A DNA stretch of 38,641 nucleotides from Ferroacidibacillus organovorans (GTDB lineage: Bacteria; Bacillota; Bacilli; Alicyclobacillales; SLC66), in contig NZ_LSUQ01000023.1 in assembly GCF_001642725.1 (NCBI RefSeq), forward strand, positions 1 to 38,641. The letters are read 5' to 3'. The notes under the pieces are model-generated. The model did no database searches. It was not told the origin of the DNA and saw only the letters and a list, made by a program, of their open reading frames with translations. The translations under genes were made by a program, and so were the position numbers. How positions within the stretch are numbered: position 1 is the stretch's first letter; each line of letters opens with the position of its first letter. Positions 8,919-18,852 of this stretch are shown piece by piece.

Positions 8919-9413
8919 ATGAGACCCTTGCGATTTCGCCTGCATAGAAGAATAAACGCCTTCGCGGTTTTAACCTTCACCTTGATCTCTTGCTCCGGGT
9001 TTGCCTTTGTACGCGATCGCGAACCTGACAAGAGTCATGTGCACATCAATGATTCAAACGCTCTGCAAAACGCCACCGTCAAAAAAACTGCATTTCACCC
9101 ACGCCTTGATCTAGGAAAAGCGATCACTGCACAGATTCCAAACGTCTCATTTGCCACTGTACTCCAACGTAAAGATGACCTTTACGTTGGAATCGCAACG
9201 AGGGATGGTAAAAATCTCACACCATTGTTAGAGCATCAAATTATGACAACCGTTCAATCCGCGGTTCCATCCGCACAGCATATTTTGATCAGTACAGACA
9301 AGACGCTGGTGAACCACTTCCAGATCTTTTCAAGCTCTTTTAAAAACGGGAGCACATCTGGAAGCGATCTGATCATCAGCGATGTTGAGCGGGTGTTCCC
9401 ACAACTAAAATGA
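8919..9413 (+). CDS. YhcN/YlaJ-family spore lipoprotein
   Basis: AAGGAGG RBS, lipobox LISC, pattern IPNVSFATVL...LYVGI...ILISTD...VERVFP. Confidence 0.75.
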   Translation: MRPLRFRLHRRINAFAVLTFTLISCSGFAFVRDREPDKSHVHINDSNALQNATVKKTAFHPRLDLGKAITAQIPNVSFATVLQRKDDLYVGIATRDGKNLTPLLEHQIMTTVQSAVPSAQHILISTDKTLVNHFQIFSSSFKNGSTSGSDLIISDVERVFPQLK

Positions 9414-9425
9414 ACGTTTCAAGGA

Positions 9426-9797
9426 TTACGTCTCCAAATGGAACGATTTAGGAAGCACGACGCGATGCAGGCCCTCTTCAAACAACGCAAGCACGATCGC
9501 GATAGCTTCTGCGACATAAAAAGGGACGATGGTAAAATTGCTCATTCCTAAAGAAAGAAGCGAAATGACCAATAGGAACGCCATTTTATCAACATAAAGC
9601 GTCGGAAAACTCCCGATGCGCGGCAAGACGACCCAGTCCAGGATGAGCCCTACCGCCGCGACGGCCAACGACGTGAGAGCCAAATCCCAGTAGCTGTCAT
9701 AAAGCGTAAAGATGCGATCAGCAATTGTGATCACCAGTAGGCTGAGGACAAACTTCGCGATAAAGTCAAAAACGGGACGTCGGAGTGGCTCGTTCAT
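9426..9797 (-). CDS. DUF2512 (YndM-like) 4-TM membrane protein
   Basis: AAGGAGG RBS; pattern KFV...DWVVLPRIG...D...FEEGLHRVV. Confidence 0.7.
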   Translation of the reverse strand: MNEPLRRPVFDFIAKFVLSLLVITIADRIFTLYDSYWDLALTSLAVAAVGLILDWVVLPRIGSFPTLYVDKMAFLLVISLLSLGMSNFTIVPFYVAEAIAIVLALFEEGLHRVVLPKSFHLET

Positions 9798-9941
9798 TCT
9801 CATTCCTCCTTTTGATTTTGTACGTCATTATGTCCGCAAATGAGTTGGGCAATACTCCCCCAAAATTGGATGAAAAGGCGAATAGGCCAAACAAGATGCG
9901 GCATATTCTCTGAGGAATTTCCATCTGGGGAGTGACAGGCC

Positions 9942-10568
9942 ATGCCTTGGTTCTTGTTAGGATTAGCGATCTTGCTCGGGGTTCGACACGCATCAGCACC
10001 CGATCACGTGATGGCGGTTACAACCTATGTCGAGCAAAATCACGCATCTGCGCGATCAGGAATTGGTTATGCGCTTCGCATTGGCCTTGGCCACAGCATC
10101 GGAATGATCATCATGGGCATCGCTGTCCTCTTTTTATTACACCACCTCCCTGGAACGTGGGGAACATTATTAAGCAGAGTGTCAGGTCTGTGGATTCTGC
10201 TTTTCTCAGGTCTGATCCTTGCGAATCTCTGGTGGGGGAAAGAACACTCAACCCTTCGCAACCGCGTGAGCCAGTGGGTCGGCTCGCGCTCATCGGCTTG
10301 GATTCTCGGAATCCTTCTCGGCCTGGCCGTGGCGCCGGGAGACTTGGCAATTTTCGGCTTGATGACCACACTCCCGAATCAAGTCGACGGCGCTTTGTTA
10401 CTTTTTAGTTTTTTGTTGGCCATGCTGACTTCTCTCTCAATTCTTGGCGCCAGTCTGGAATTTTTCCATAAATTAGGACGCGCGCAGTGGCACCGTTGGA
10501 CGACAAATGGGGTTGGCGTGCTTGGAATGGGTGTTGGCCTCGCGCTTTTATCAGGGATTCTTCACTAG
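9942..10568 (+). CDS. Ni/Co transporter (NiCoT/UreH-like)
   Basis: RHASAPDH and GLGHS motifs, about 6 TM helices. Confidence 0.8.
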   Translation: MPWFLLGLAILLGVRHASAPDHVMAVTTYVEQNHASARSGIGYALRIGLGHSIGMIIMGIAVLFLLHHLPGTWGTLLSRVSGLWILLFSGLILANLWWGKEHSTLRNRVSQWVGSRSSAWILGILLGLAVAPGDLAIFGLMTTLPNQVDGALLLFSFLLAMLTSLSILGASLEFFHKLGRAQWHRWTTNGVGVLGMGVGLALLSGILH

Positions 10569-10588
10569 TGGGGAATGTCGATTTTTCC

Positions 10589-11848
10589 ATGTCGTCACTA
10601 CTCATCGTTTCCGTTCTGGCTGTGCTGGTTCCACTTTTTGTATCAAGAGTTACGTGGATTCGCATTCCCATCGTCGTCGGAGAAATCCTGGTGGGCGTCC
10701 TTGTCGGGAAGAGCGGATTTAACCTGATTCATACGAGTCAATGGCTCGAATTTCTGCGATTTTTTGGTTTATCCTATTTAATGTTCGTGTCTGGACTGGA
10801 ACTCGATTTTAAAACACTGCGTCCTGAAAAATTCGGGAAACACCGTGGATTTAGACACTCACTCACAGACGCGCCAATGTTTGCCGTGATTTCTTGCGCG
10901 CTAACGTTTGGGCTTTCTCTACTTTTTTCCATCTGGCTGCACGAGCACCATTTTATTAAAAGTCCTTTTCTCTTTGCATTGATCATCACGACCACATCGC
11001 TTACTGTGGTGGTGCCTGTGCTTAAAGAATATGATCTCATGCAGACTGCATTTGGTCAGCACATGATGGCGGCCGCTGTATTCGCCGATTTTTTCACCAT
11101 GCTGTTCATCTCTGTCGCCGCCTCGCTCTTTAAGGGGGGGCAATCCACGAGCGTCTTTCTCGTCTTCATCCTCATCTTCCTGCTTATTGCACTGTATCAC
11201 GTCTTTCAACGCTTTCCAGCGCTTACGGCCGTACGAAATCTCGCCCACGGAACAGCCCAACTCGGGATTCGCGCCTCCATGGCCCTCATGATCATCTTCA
11301 TGGCACTCTCACAAACCCTGGGCGTTCAAGTGATCTTGGGAACGTTTTTGGCGGGTGTCCTTGTCGGTTTGATCAATGAGCAAGAAAAAACGGACGTATT
11401 TCACAAATTAGACGCGATCGGTTTTGGTTTTCTTATCCCGATCTTTTTTATTATGGTGGGCGTTAATTTTAATCTTCATTCATTGCTTGTTGATCCCAAG
11501 GCGCTCTTGTTGCTTCCCCTTCTGTTCCTTGCAACCTATGTATTTAAAGCATTGCCCATACTCATCCTTCGCCTTTGCTACCCTTGGCGACAGACGCTCG
11601 CAGGCGCCACACTGCTCACAACACAAATGAGCGTAACCGTGGCCGCCGCAGCAGTCGGTTTAAAGATCGGAGCCATCAGTTCAGGCGTCGACACAGCCAT
11701 TGTCTTTGTCGCCATGTCGACCGCCGTCATCTCCCCTGTGATCTTTGGTAAACTACTGCCAGCGCGCGTCGATCAAAAAAAATCGCGCTCCCTTATGAGG
11801 CGTACCCGTCCACCACGACGTCCAGTTTCCCCATCTCAGGGTCAATGA
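10589..11848 (+). CDS. CPA2 monovalent cation:proton antiporter (YjbQ-like), apparently lacking its C-terminal RCK domains
   Basis: PIVVGEILVG, SGLELDF, TTSLTVVVPVLKE and GFGFLIPIFF motifs. It ends in a short Arg/Pro-rich tail encoded antisense to a carbonic anhydrase remnant. Confidence 0.88.
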   Translation: MSSLLIVSVLAVLVPLFVSRVTWIRIPIVVGEILVGVLVGKSGFNLIHTSQWLEFLRFFGLSYLMFVSGLELDFKTLRPEKFGKHRGFRHSLTDAPMFAVISCALTFGLSLLFSIWLHEHHFIKSPFLFALIITTTSLTVVVPVLKEYDLMQTAFGQHMMAAAVFADFFTMLFISVAASLFKGGQSTSVFLVFILIFLLIALYHVFQRFPALTAVRNLAHGTAQLGIRASMALMIIFMALSQTLGVQVILGTFLAGVLVGLINEQEKTDVFHKLDAIGFGFLIPIFFIMVGVNFNLHSLLVDPKALLLLPLLFLATYVFKALPILILRLCYPWRQTLAGATLLTTQMSVTVAAAAVGLKIGAISSGVDTAIVFVAMSTAVISPVIFGKLLPARVDQKKSRSLMRRTRPPRRPVSPSQGQ

Positions 11849-11992
11849 CGAGTCCGTGTACGAGACGTTTTTGGCATCAACGGGTGACGGCGGATCAGGC
11901 GCACGCTTTCTTGCACACTGTCTGGAATAGACTCGATACGCTGTAACCAAGAATGCAGATTGATGCCAGTCACTTCCAGTGTATCGCCTCTT
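11793..11992 (-). pseudogene. Frameshifted 3' remnant of a beta-class carbonic anhydrase (YtiB/YvdA-like)
   Basis: Manual translation: DTLEVTGINLHSWLQRIESIPDSVQESVRLIRRHPLMPK, a frameshift near 11862-11872, then VHGLVIDPEMGKLDVVVDGYAS*. The 5' two-thirds of the gene is absent. Confidence 0.8.
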
Positions 11993-11998
11993 ACTCTA

Positions 11999-13246
11999 TC
12001 ATCCCTCCAAGAGAAGCGCTTCCGGATCTTCGATCAGTTGCTTGACTTTGACTAAAAACTGTACAGCCTCAGCGCCATCGACGATGCGATGATCATAAGA
12101 TAAAGCGATGTACATCATGGGGCGTATGACCACTTGTCCGTCACGCGCAACCGGGCGCTCCTGTATGCCATGCATTCCCAGGATGCCTACCTGCGGCGCA
12201 TTGAGAATAGGCGTCGAGAACAAGGAACCAAACACGCCGCCGTTCGTGATGGTGAAGGTGCCTCCCTGTAAGTCGCTCAATCCTAGTGTGTTTTCTCTCG
12301 CCTTTTTTGCGAGTCGAGCGAGTTCCTTTTCAATCTCTGCAAAAGACAAGCGATCCGCGTTTCGAATCACCGGAACGACCAGACCACCCTCTGCCGCGAC
12401 TGCGACACCGATGTCATAGTGACGTTTGATCACCATCTCATCCTCTTGAATCTCCGCGTTCAAAAGTGGATACGCCTTGAGCGCACCCACGGTCGCTTTC
12501 GTAAAAAAGGACATGAACCCGAGCGATGCACCATAGATTTCCTTAAATTTCGCCTTGCGGCGATTGCGGACTTCAAGCACACTTGTCATATCCACTTCGT
12601 TATACGTCGTCAGGTGCGCCGCGGTGTGTTGTGCCTCAACCAGGCGTTTTGCGATAGTGAGCCTTCTTCGCGTCATCTTTTGCCGCTCTTCATCGTTGCG
12701 CTGATCAGGAATTACGGGGTGCGATACCGATTCGCGCGCCGGGTGCGCGACACTTTGCTCCACGACAGGCGCGACATTGTCCGTGGTGTGACGCGGTGTG
12801 ATGACGACTTGACTCAGGTCGATCCCCCGCTCGCGCGCCTCTTTTCGAATCGACGGTGTCGAGCGCAGCGGAAAGAGCCCTTGCCCAGATGCGTTAGGGC
12901 GCACGGAAGGCGGTGGTGTAACAGATGTAACAGACCCTTCTTTTTTCACCGACGCTACATCTTCGCGGTTTGCGACAGGTACTTCTAACGATTGACGCAG
13001 TTCCTTACTCGATGAAGAATCAAGTATGCCGATCACTTCCCCGACACGCACCGTTTCCCCTACGCCCTTTTTTACACTCGATAGCATTCCGCTCTCTTCC
13101 GCAATCACCTCAAGGTTCACTTTATCCGTCTCAAGTTCTGCCACCGCTTCGCCCGCCGCGACGGTGTCACCCGCCTTTTTAAGCCAGTTGAGAATGGTTG
13201 CATCAACAATCGATTCTCCGAGTTCAGGCACGCGTATGTCGCTCAT
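11999..13246 (-). CDS. odhB: 2-oxoglutarate dehydrogenase E2 (dihydrolipoamide succinyltransferase)
   Basis: Lipoyl motif ELETDKV, catalytic DHRIVDG, GGAGG RBS. Confidence 0.97.
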   Translation of the reverse strand: MSDIRVPELGESIVDATILNWLKKAGDTVAAGEAVAELETDKVNLEVIAEESGMLSSVKKGVGETVRVGEVIGILDSSSSKELRQSLEVPVANREDVASVKKEGSVTSVTPPPSVRPNASGQGLFPLRSTPSIRKEARERGIDLSQVVITPRHTTDNVAPVVEQSVAHPARESVSHPVIPDQRNDEERQKMTRRRLTIAKRLVEAQHTAAHLTTYNEVDMTSVLEVRNRRKAKFKEIYGASLGFMSFFTKATVGALKAYPLLNAEIQEDEMVIKRHYDIGVAVAAEGGLVVPVIRNADRLSFAEIEKELARLAKKARENTLGLSDLQGGTFTITNGGVFGSLFSTPILNAPQVGILGMHGIQERPVARDGQVVIRPMMYIALSYDHRIVDGAEAVQFLVKVKQLIEDPEALLLEG

Positions 13247-13273
13247 CGCTTGTGACCCTCCCTTTCGTCTCAT

Positions 13274-15859
13274 CTACTGAATGGGTGACACCCTAAGCGC
13301 TTCTTCCACCACTTTTCGCTGAAAATAATCATGCATGCCAGCCATTCCCTCAGCAGGACTCGCGCGATCCGGTCGACCTGCATAGCGAATCAGGATATCT
13401 TTTGACGATACCTCTGGCAATCGCGCCGCCACAAAACTCCACGCCCCCATATTTTTAGGTTCTTCTTGCGCCCACACAATCTGGCGCAAATGAGGGTACG
13501 AACGGATGATGTCGCGCAGAGCCGAAACTGGAAACGGATAAAGTTGTTCGACGCGCGCGAGTGCAATCTCGCCCGATGACTCTAAAGTGGATAGCATTTG
13601 CTCAAGATCGATCGCCACTTTGCCAGAGCATAAAACCAACTGTGTTACGCCTTCACGATTCTCGGAAAATCTATGAAGAACAGGTTGAAACATTCCTTCT
13701 GTCAGTTCGCTGACTGTAGATTGTGCCTGCGGATGGCGAAGCAGGCTCTTCGGAGTCATGACAATAAGCGGGCGTGGATCAACACGCAACACGGCCGCTT
13801 GCGAGCGCAGCAGATGAAAATACTGTGCGGCGGTCGTCGGATGGACAACGCGCCAATTGTCCTCGGCGGACAATTGCAAAAAACGCTCCAGGCGAGCGCT
13901 TGAGTGCTCTGGCCCCTGGCCTTCATACCCGTGTGGAAGAAGCAGAACAAGCCCCGACGACTGAAGCCATTTAGAGCGGCCAGAAGACAGAAATTGGTCG
14001 ATGATCACTTGACCAGCGTTTGCGAAATCGCCAAACTGCGCCTCCCAAATCACAAGTGTTTCCGGAGCTTGAATGGTATACCCATACTCAAACCCCATAA
14101 CCCCTACTTCAGAGAGTGGACTGTTGTACACGGCGAAAGACGCTTTTGCGTGAGGCAGCTGCTGTAATGGACAGTGCGTCTGGCTGACATTTCGATCGTG
14201 CAGAACGAGGTTTCTCTGGCCAAACGTGCCCCGCTGTGAATCCTGTCCGGAAATTCGAATCGGCGTTCCGGCGGCCAAGATCGCCGCAAACGCCAAAGTC
14301 TCAGCGTGAGCGAAATCCACGCTTCCATTCTCCGAAAAGACCGTCCTTCTGCGTTCAAGGATTTTTTCCAGTTTTTTGTACACAGCAAATGAAGATGGAT
14401 AGTGTAACAGCGCCTCGTTCATTTCCTGCAGTTGCTCGCGCGAAACCGATGAGACCCTGTCCACTTGCGTTACAAAAAAGTTCGAGTCTGCGGGCGCCAC
14501 CTGCCGCGTCTCGCCTTGTTTGACGACTGCGAATGCCTCAGTCAATTTGTTTTTTATTCGCTCACTTGCGAGTTCAAGCTCTTCATTTGTCACAACTCCA
14601 TCTTTAAACAAACGCTCGCCATAGATCTCGCGAACGGTGAGATGGGCTGTGATGCGCTCATACATTTGAGGTTGTGTAACAAACGGATCGTCCATTTCAT
14701 TATGGCCCCATCTACGGTACCCCACCAGGTCAATCAGAAAATCGCGATGAAAACGTTGCCGATACGCAAACGCCATCTGAACAGCAAAGAGGCACGCGTC
14801 AGGGTCATCCGCATCGACATGCACCACAGGGATCTCAAACCCTTTGGCTAAGTCACTCGCATAATGCGTCGAGCGCCCTTCATGTGCCTCGGCTGTAAAC
14901 CCCAGTTGATTGTTCGCGATGATGTGGATCGTCCCACCGGTCTGATAGCCGTCAAGCCTTGACAGATTCAGCGTTTCAGCGACAACCCCTTCGCCTGGAA
15001 AGGCGGCGTCCCCGTGCACCAGCATCGCCATGGCCTCATCCTGATGAAACACAGGCTGCCCTGCTTGATCGCGACCATCCTGGACCGCGCGCGCATAGCC
15101 CTCTACCACAGGATCGACAAATTCGAGGTGACTGGGATTATGTGCGAGGACAATTCGCACTTCGCGGATGTCATCTTCTCGAAGATCGCGATGTGCGCCG
15201 AGGTGATATTTTACATCTCCCGTCCACCCGTAGTTGATCCCAAGCGACCCTTCAGACGGAACGAGATCCTTGTTTGGCGCCATGTGAAACTCTGAAAAGA
15301 TGTCCGCATACGGTTTTCCCAGCACGTGCGCCAACACGTTCAACCGACCGCGATGTGCCATTCCCATCATGACCGTCTTGATTCCTGACGAGGCAGCCTG
15401 TTTGACAAGTTCGTCCACCATCGGCACGAGCATGTCGAGTCCTTCAAGTGAAAACCGTTTCTGCCCTGGAAATGCCCGCTGGAGAAATTTCTCAAACTCG
15501 TCCACTTCAAGCAGGCGCATAAGCGTCTCCCGGCGCAGATCTGGACGTCTCTTCGCCCTTGAGGTCATCAACATCTGCTCAAGCCAATCCTGCTCTTCCC
15601 CACTTGCCGTATGTGCGTATTCCATCACGAAACTGCCTTGATTCATCTCGCGCAAAAGCGCGCGTTTACCCTTCTCGCCATCCCTTGGGTGTACATGGTT
15701 TTGCGATTGTACAGGCATTCCATAAATCTGAAACCATTCCCTTGTCTCCTCATCGACACTCAGCGGATCTCGCAGGAAACGCTCATACAATTCTTCGACA
15801 TAGCCTGCGTTAGGCCCTGTGAATTGCTGCCATACACTCCCCGTTTCTTTAGTTTCCAC
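13274..15859 (-). CDS. odhA: 2-oxoglutarate dehydrogenase E1
   Basis: GMAHRGRLN, GDVKYHLG, HGDAAF, WEAQFGDF and PHGYEGQGPEHSS motifs. Confidence 0.97.
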   Translation of the reverse strand: METKETGSVWQQFTGPNAGYVEELYERFLRDPLSVDEETREWFQIYGMPVQSQNHVHPRDGEKGKRALLREMNQGSFVMEYAHTASGEEQDWLEQMLMTSRAKRRPDLRRETLMRLLEVDEFEKFLQRAFPGQKRFSLEGLDMLVPMVDELVKQAASSGIKTVMMGMAHRGRLNVLAHVLGKPYADIFSEFHMAPNKDLVPSEGSLGINYGWTGDVKYHLGAHRDLREDDIREVRIVLAHNPSHLEFVDPVVEGYARAVQDGRDQAGQPVFHQDEAMAMLVHGDAAFPGEGVVAETLNLSRLDGYQTGGTIHIIANNQLGFTAEAHEGRSTHYASDLAKGFEIPVVHVDADDPDACLFAVQMAFAYRQRFHRDFLIDLVGYRRWGHNEMDDPFVTQPQMYERITAHLTVREIYGERLFKDGVVTNEELELASERIKNKLTEAFAVVKQGETRQVAPADSNFFVTQVDRVSSVSREQLQEMNEALLHYPSSFAVYKKLEKILERRRTVFSENGSVDFAHAETLAFAAILAAGTPIRISGQDSQRGTFGQRNLVLHDRNVSQTHCPLQQLPHAKASFAVYNSPLSEVGVMGFEYGYTIQAPETLVIWEAQFGDFANAGQVIIDQFLSSGRSKWLQSSGLVLLLPHGYEGQGPEHSSARLERFLQLSAEDNWRVVHPTTAAQYFHLLRSQAAVLRVDPRPLIVMTPKSLLRHPQAQSTVSELTEGMFQPVLHRFSENREGVTQLVLCSGKVAIDLEQMLSTLESSGEIALARVEQLYPFPVSALRDIIRSYPHLRQIVWAQEEPKNMGAWSFVAARLPEVSSKDILIRYAGRPDRASPAEGMAGMHDYFQRKVVEEALRVSPIQ

Positions 15860-15942
15860 ACGAATCGCCCCCTCACAAGAACCACGGCACGATACCTTTT
15901 CTTCTTACTATACAATGCACTGAGAACTGCCATCGCCGATCT

Positions 15943-16242
15943 TTAAATGCGCAGTTGAGCTCTCGCCTCTTCTGACATACACTCAGGTGTCCACGGCGGA
16001 TCCCACACCACGTCAACATACACCATTGACACTCCTGTCGCATGTGCCGCCGCCCACTCTACAGACTGACTCAGCGTGTCGTGTGCAGGGCATCCCGGCG
16101 TCGTCATAGTCATCTCCACGTGAACCGTTCCTTGTTCCGTTTCTTCGATCACATAAATCAAGCCTAAATCCACCACATTAATCCCGATCTCCGGATCAAA
16201 GACTTCCTTTAGCCTTTCCCGTACCTCGTCCAAATCAATCAT
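15943..16242 (-). CDS. DUF59 (SufT/PaaD-like) metal-sulfur cluster assembly factor
   Basis: DPEIGINVVDLGLIY, TTPGCP and WDPPWTP motifs. Start at 16242 overlaps the upstream stop. Confidence 0.92.
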   Translation of the reverse strand: MIDLDEVRERLKEVFDPEIGINVVDLGLIYVIEETEQGTVHVEMTMTTPGCPAHDTLSQSVEWAAAHATGVSMVYVDVVWDPPWTPECMSEEARAQLRI

Positions 16243-17548
16243 GATCTGACAACTCCTTTCCCAACTTTTTAAGATCAAGCACGCGAAACATCTGAATACA
16301 GAATAACAGAATGGCAAAAGCCGTAAGGGTCGCACCAAAAACGGTAAGCGGCAGCCACATACTGATCTCTCCAGCCGTAAGCGTGACGACGCCGAGCGCA
16401 AATCCGATAAACACGGGTCGCGACGTACTCACATTGACAATATCGGCGATAACAGGCGCCTTGCCTGGCCCTTTATGATGGCTATAGCGTTTGCTCCAAA
16501 TCAAAAAGGGTACGATTTTATACGCAAATCCCATCATCGTCATGGTCACCCACCCTAGCAGATAAAGCGTTACGACACTTTTCCAAGACACTTGTCTGCC
16601 ACCCGTAACAGAAGCGACAGAGAACAGGCCAATCGCGAGAAGACCCGCCGCTAACGCATAGAATACGGCATGAATCGGCGCCTCAACCTTTTTTCTCATT
16701 CTGTGCCTGACCATGTCTTTAAGCGACACAGCCTGTAACACAATGACACACACCCCTGCCACTAACCCGAACCATGTGAACAGGGCCATGGAGCTCCAGA
16801 TGCCAAGGAGCAAAAAGAGCATTGCGCTATGCGCGAGAATCAGTGTCCACCTGTGCCACTTCGTTTGATACCCGTGAGCAAGCGTAAACATCGGCAACAA
16901 TTTATAGCTAAACCCGATGAGCAAGAAAGAGAAAAAACCGACTGCAGCCAGAAGAATGTGCGTTGCAATCAGTTGATTCATCCATGGTGAGAGGGCGTTC
17001 ATCGCACCTGAATCGACAGATAAGAGCACAATCGCTAGCGTTATCGCGAGAATGAGATAAACATGCGCAGACACGACGAAACCCCACATCACATCTTTCA
17101 CCTTGACCTGCGTGAGGGATCGGAGCATGACGATTGCATAGATGAAGAGTGCCACCACAGCCAGCCCGCCAAAAAGCAAAAATCCCGACGCCCACCACAA
17201 GCTCATCGAGATAAAAAGACCGATCAATGAGAGCGAATACAGCCAAAAATTAAAGCGTGCCAATGGAACATTCGCAATCGGAATCAGGAAAGCGACCGTT
17301 GCCAACTGATAAACTGCGCCCATGACAAAGGAAAGAAGGGAGCCAAGCGTAAGCATGTGCGTGAGCGCAACCAATGCAGGCGCCCCAGGATCGCCACTCG
17401 CAAGATGATGGGACTGAAAAGCGAGATCCATCGCAAAGATTCCGAAGCATACGATTCCAAACGTCATATAGCGAATGGGAACCGCAAAAGGTGGCGATTG
17501 GCTTACCATTCCCCCGCGACCCTTCGAGTGAATCGACGCTTGTTGCAT
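16235..17548 (-). CDS. 12-TM membrane protein of the NnrS/heme-copper-oxidase-subunit-I-like superfamily usually linked to DUF2249/DUF59
   Basis: Repeated helices THMLTLG...GAVYQL, THILL..G...GFSYKLLPMF and GFAYKIVPFLIW; strong AAGGAGG RBS. Confidence 0.7.
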   Translation of the reverse strand: MQQASIHSKGRGGMVSQSPPFAVPIRYMTFGIVCFGIFAMDLAFQSHHLASGDPGAPALVALTHMLTLGSLLSFVMGAVYQLATVAFLIPIANVPLARFNFWLYSLSLIGLFISMSLWWASGFLLFGGLAVVALFIYAIVMLRSLTQVKVKDVMWGFVVSAHVYLILAITLAIVLLSVDSGAMNALSPWMNQLIATHILLAAVGFFSFLLIGFSYKLLPMFTLAHGYQTKWHRWTLILAHSAMLFLLLGIWSSMALFTWFGLVAGVCVIVLQAVSLKDMVRHRMRKKVEAPIHAVFYALAAGLLAIGLFSVASVTGGRQVSWKSVVTLYLLGWVTMTMMGFAYKIVPFLIWSKRYSHHKGPGKAPVIADIVNVSTSRPVFIGFALGVVTLTAGEISMWLPLTVFGATLTAFAILLFCIQMFRVLDLKKLGKELSDHD

Positions 17549-17560
17549 ACAGAATCCTCC

Positions 17561-18040
17561 TTACGCCTCGTCGAGTGAACGAGAGATGCGGACACACACC
17601 GTTCCGTCAGGATCTTCGCGCACATCATGCGAGAAACCTGCGTCGTCAAGCTCTGGTAAGAGGAATGCGGGAACACGCTCATTCCAGATTTCAAGTCCTA
17701 ATACGCCGTCTTTTATCTCTGATTGATGTTCAAGGATTTCCAGTGTCCGCACCATCGGTTGGGGCGGTTGAAGCCCCCGATTGTCCAAGTGAAAATACGG
17801 GAGTTCCTCTGCTGACTTGTAAAAATCAACGACGTAGTGATCCGCTTCAAGCTGTACCACTGCGTGACGAAATCCGCGTTTTGCAAGAACATTTAAAAGT
17901 GGGTCTGGTTTAAATGTCGCGTGGAGTTGAAGTACATCCCCTACATCCAGTTCGGAGATCGCCGTCATGATGCGTTGGAACGGTTCTTCTTTCGCCCGAA
18001 GCATTTCGCGCACATCAAGATCAATCAGTCGCCTCGTCAT
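17561..18040 (-). CDS. Tandem DUF2249 (SirA/TusA-like) domain protein
   Basis: LDVR...EPFQRIM...TFKPDPL and LDNRGLQPPQPM motifs; AGGAGG RBS. Confidence 0.85.
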   Translation of the reverse strand: MTRRLIDLDVREMLRAKEEPFQRIMTAISELDVGDVLQLHATFKPDPLLNVLAKRGFRHAVVQLEADHYVVDFYKSAEELPYFHLDNRGLQPPQPMVRTLEILEHQSEIKDGVLGLEIWNERVPAFLLPELDDAGFSHDVREDPDGTVCVRISRSLDEA

Positions 18041-18145
18041 TTTGCAGCCTCCTCCTGTTTCACTTCATTCACTAATGCCAACACGGTTATTTTCTCAAAA
18101 AACGATTCTTAAGGTTGTGCGCTGCGTCACGCTCACAACGTGTGA

Positions 18146-18829
18146 TCAGAGATACAGATCAGATCGCCACATTTTGTGGAGCGGTTCAATGGTCATCTGC
18201 GTATCTGGATGGAACTGATTGATAATTTGTCTCAGCCTCGCCTCGTCAACCGTGTGACCGAACTGGCTGCGGTGGGCGCTTGTAGCCAAACACTTTCGCT
18301 CAAACACACTCGTGATATCCACATAATAATTAGGTTCATCACAGTTGAAGAGATAGAGTTCCTGACTGCGGTGGCATACCACATCACCCGTGATCTGCTG
18401 CCTATAATACCAACAGTTCGCGCCTAAGTGTGCCGCCTCAATCATGGCAAACCCGATCGTACGGTGATCCGAGTGAATCTCATAACGCTTCCAAGGGTCA
18501 AACGTGAGAACAAGATCAGGCCGTATTCTTCGAACAAGGTGAAACAAGGTCTCCTTCAAATCGTTTGCGTATTGCAGTTCTCCGTCTTGATACCCCAATT
18601 GAATCACTTCACGAATGCCCAAGCGTTTCGCCGCAACCTCCATCTCTTGGCGTCTCATCTCGGCAATCGCGGGTGGAGATAGCGCAGGATCGTGGCTCCC
18701 TTTTTCCCCTTGCGTCCCAACGACCAGATACACGTCATTCCCCAGATCTGTCAATTTTAGAATCGTCCCCGAACAAAACACTTCATCATCGGGATGCGCC
18801 ACACATACCAGTACCTTTTTACCATTCAA
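18146..18829 (-). CDS. PIG-L/LmbE-family deacetylase (BshB-like)
   Basis: AHPDDE, TQGEKG, HSDH and HRSQ motifs. Confidence 0.92.
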   Translation of the reverse strand: MNGKKVLVCVAHPDDEVFCSGTILKLTDLGNDVYLVVGTQGEKGSHDPALSPPAIAEMRRQEMEVAAKRLGIREVIQLGYQDGELQYANDLKETLFHLVRRIRPDLVLTFDPWKRYEIHSDHRTIGFAMIEAAHLGANCWYYRQQITGDVVCHRSQELYLFNCDEPNYYVDITSVFERKCLATSAHRSQFGHTVDEARLRQIINQFHPDTQMTIEPLHKMWRSDLYL

Positions 18830-18852
18830 CGCGAGTCACCTAGCCTTCCCGT

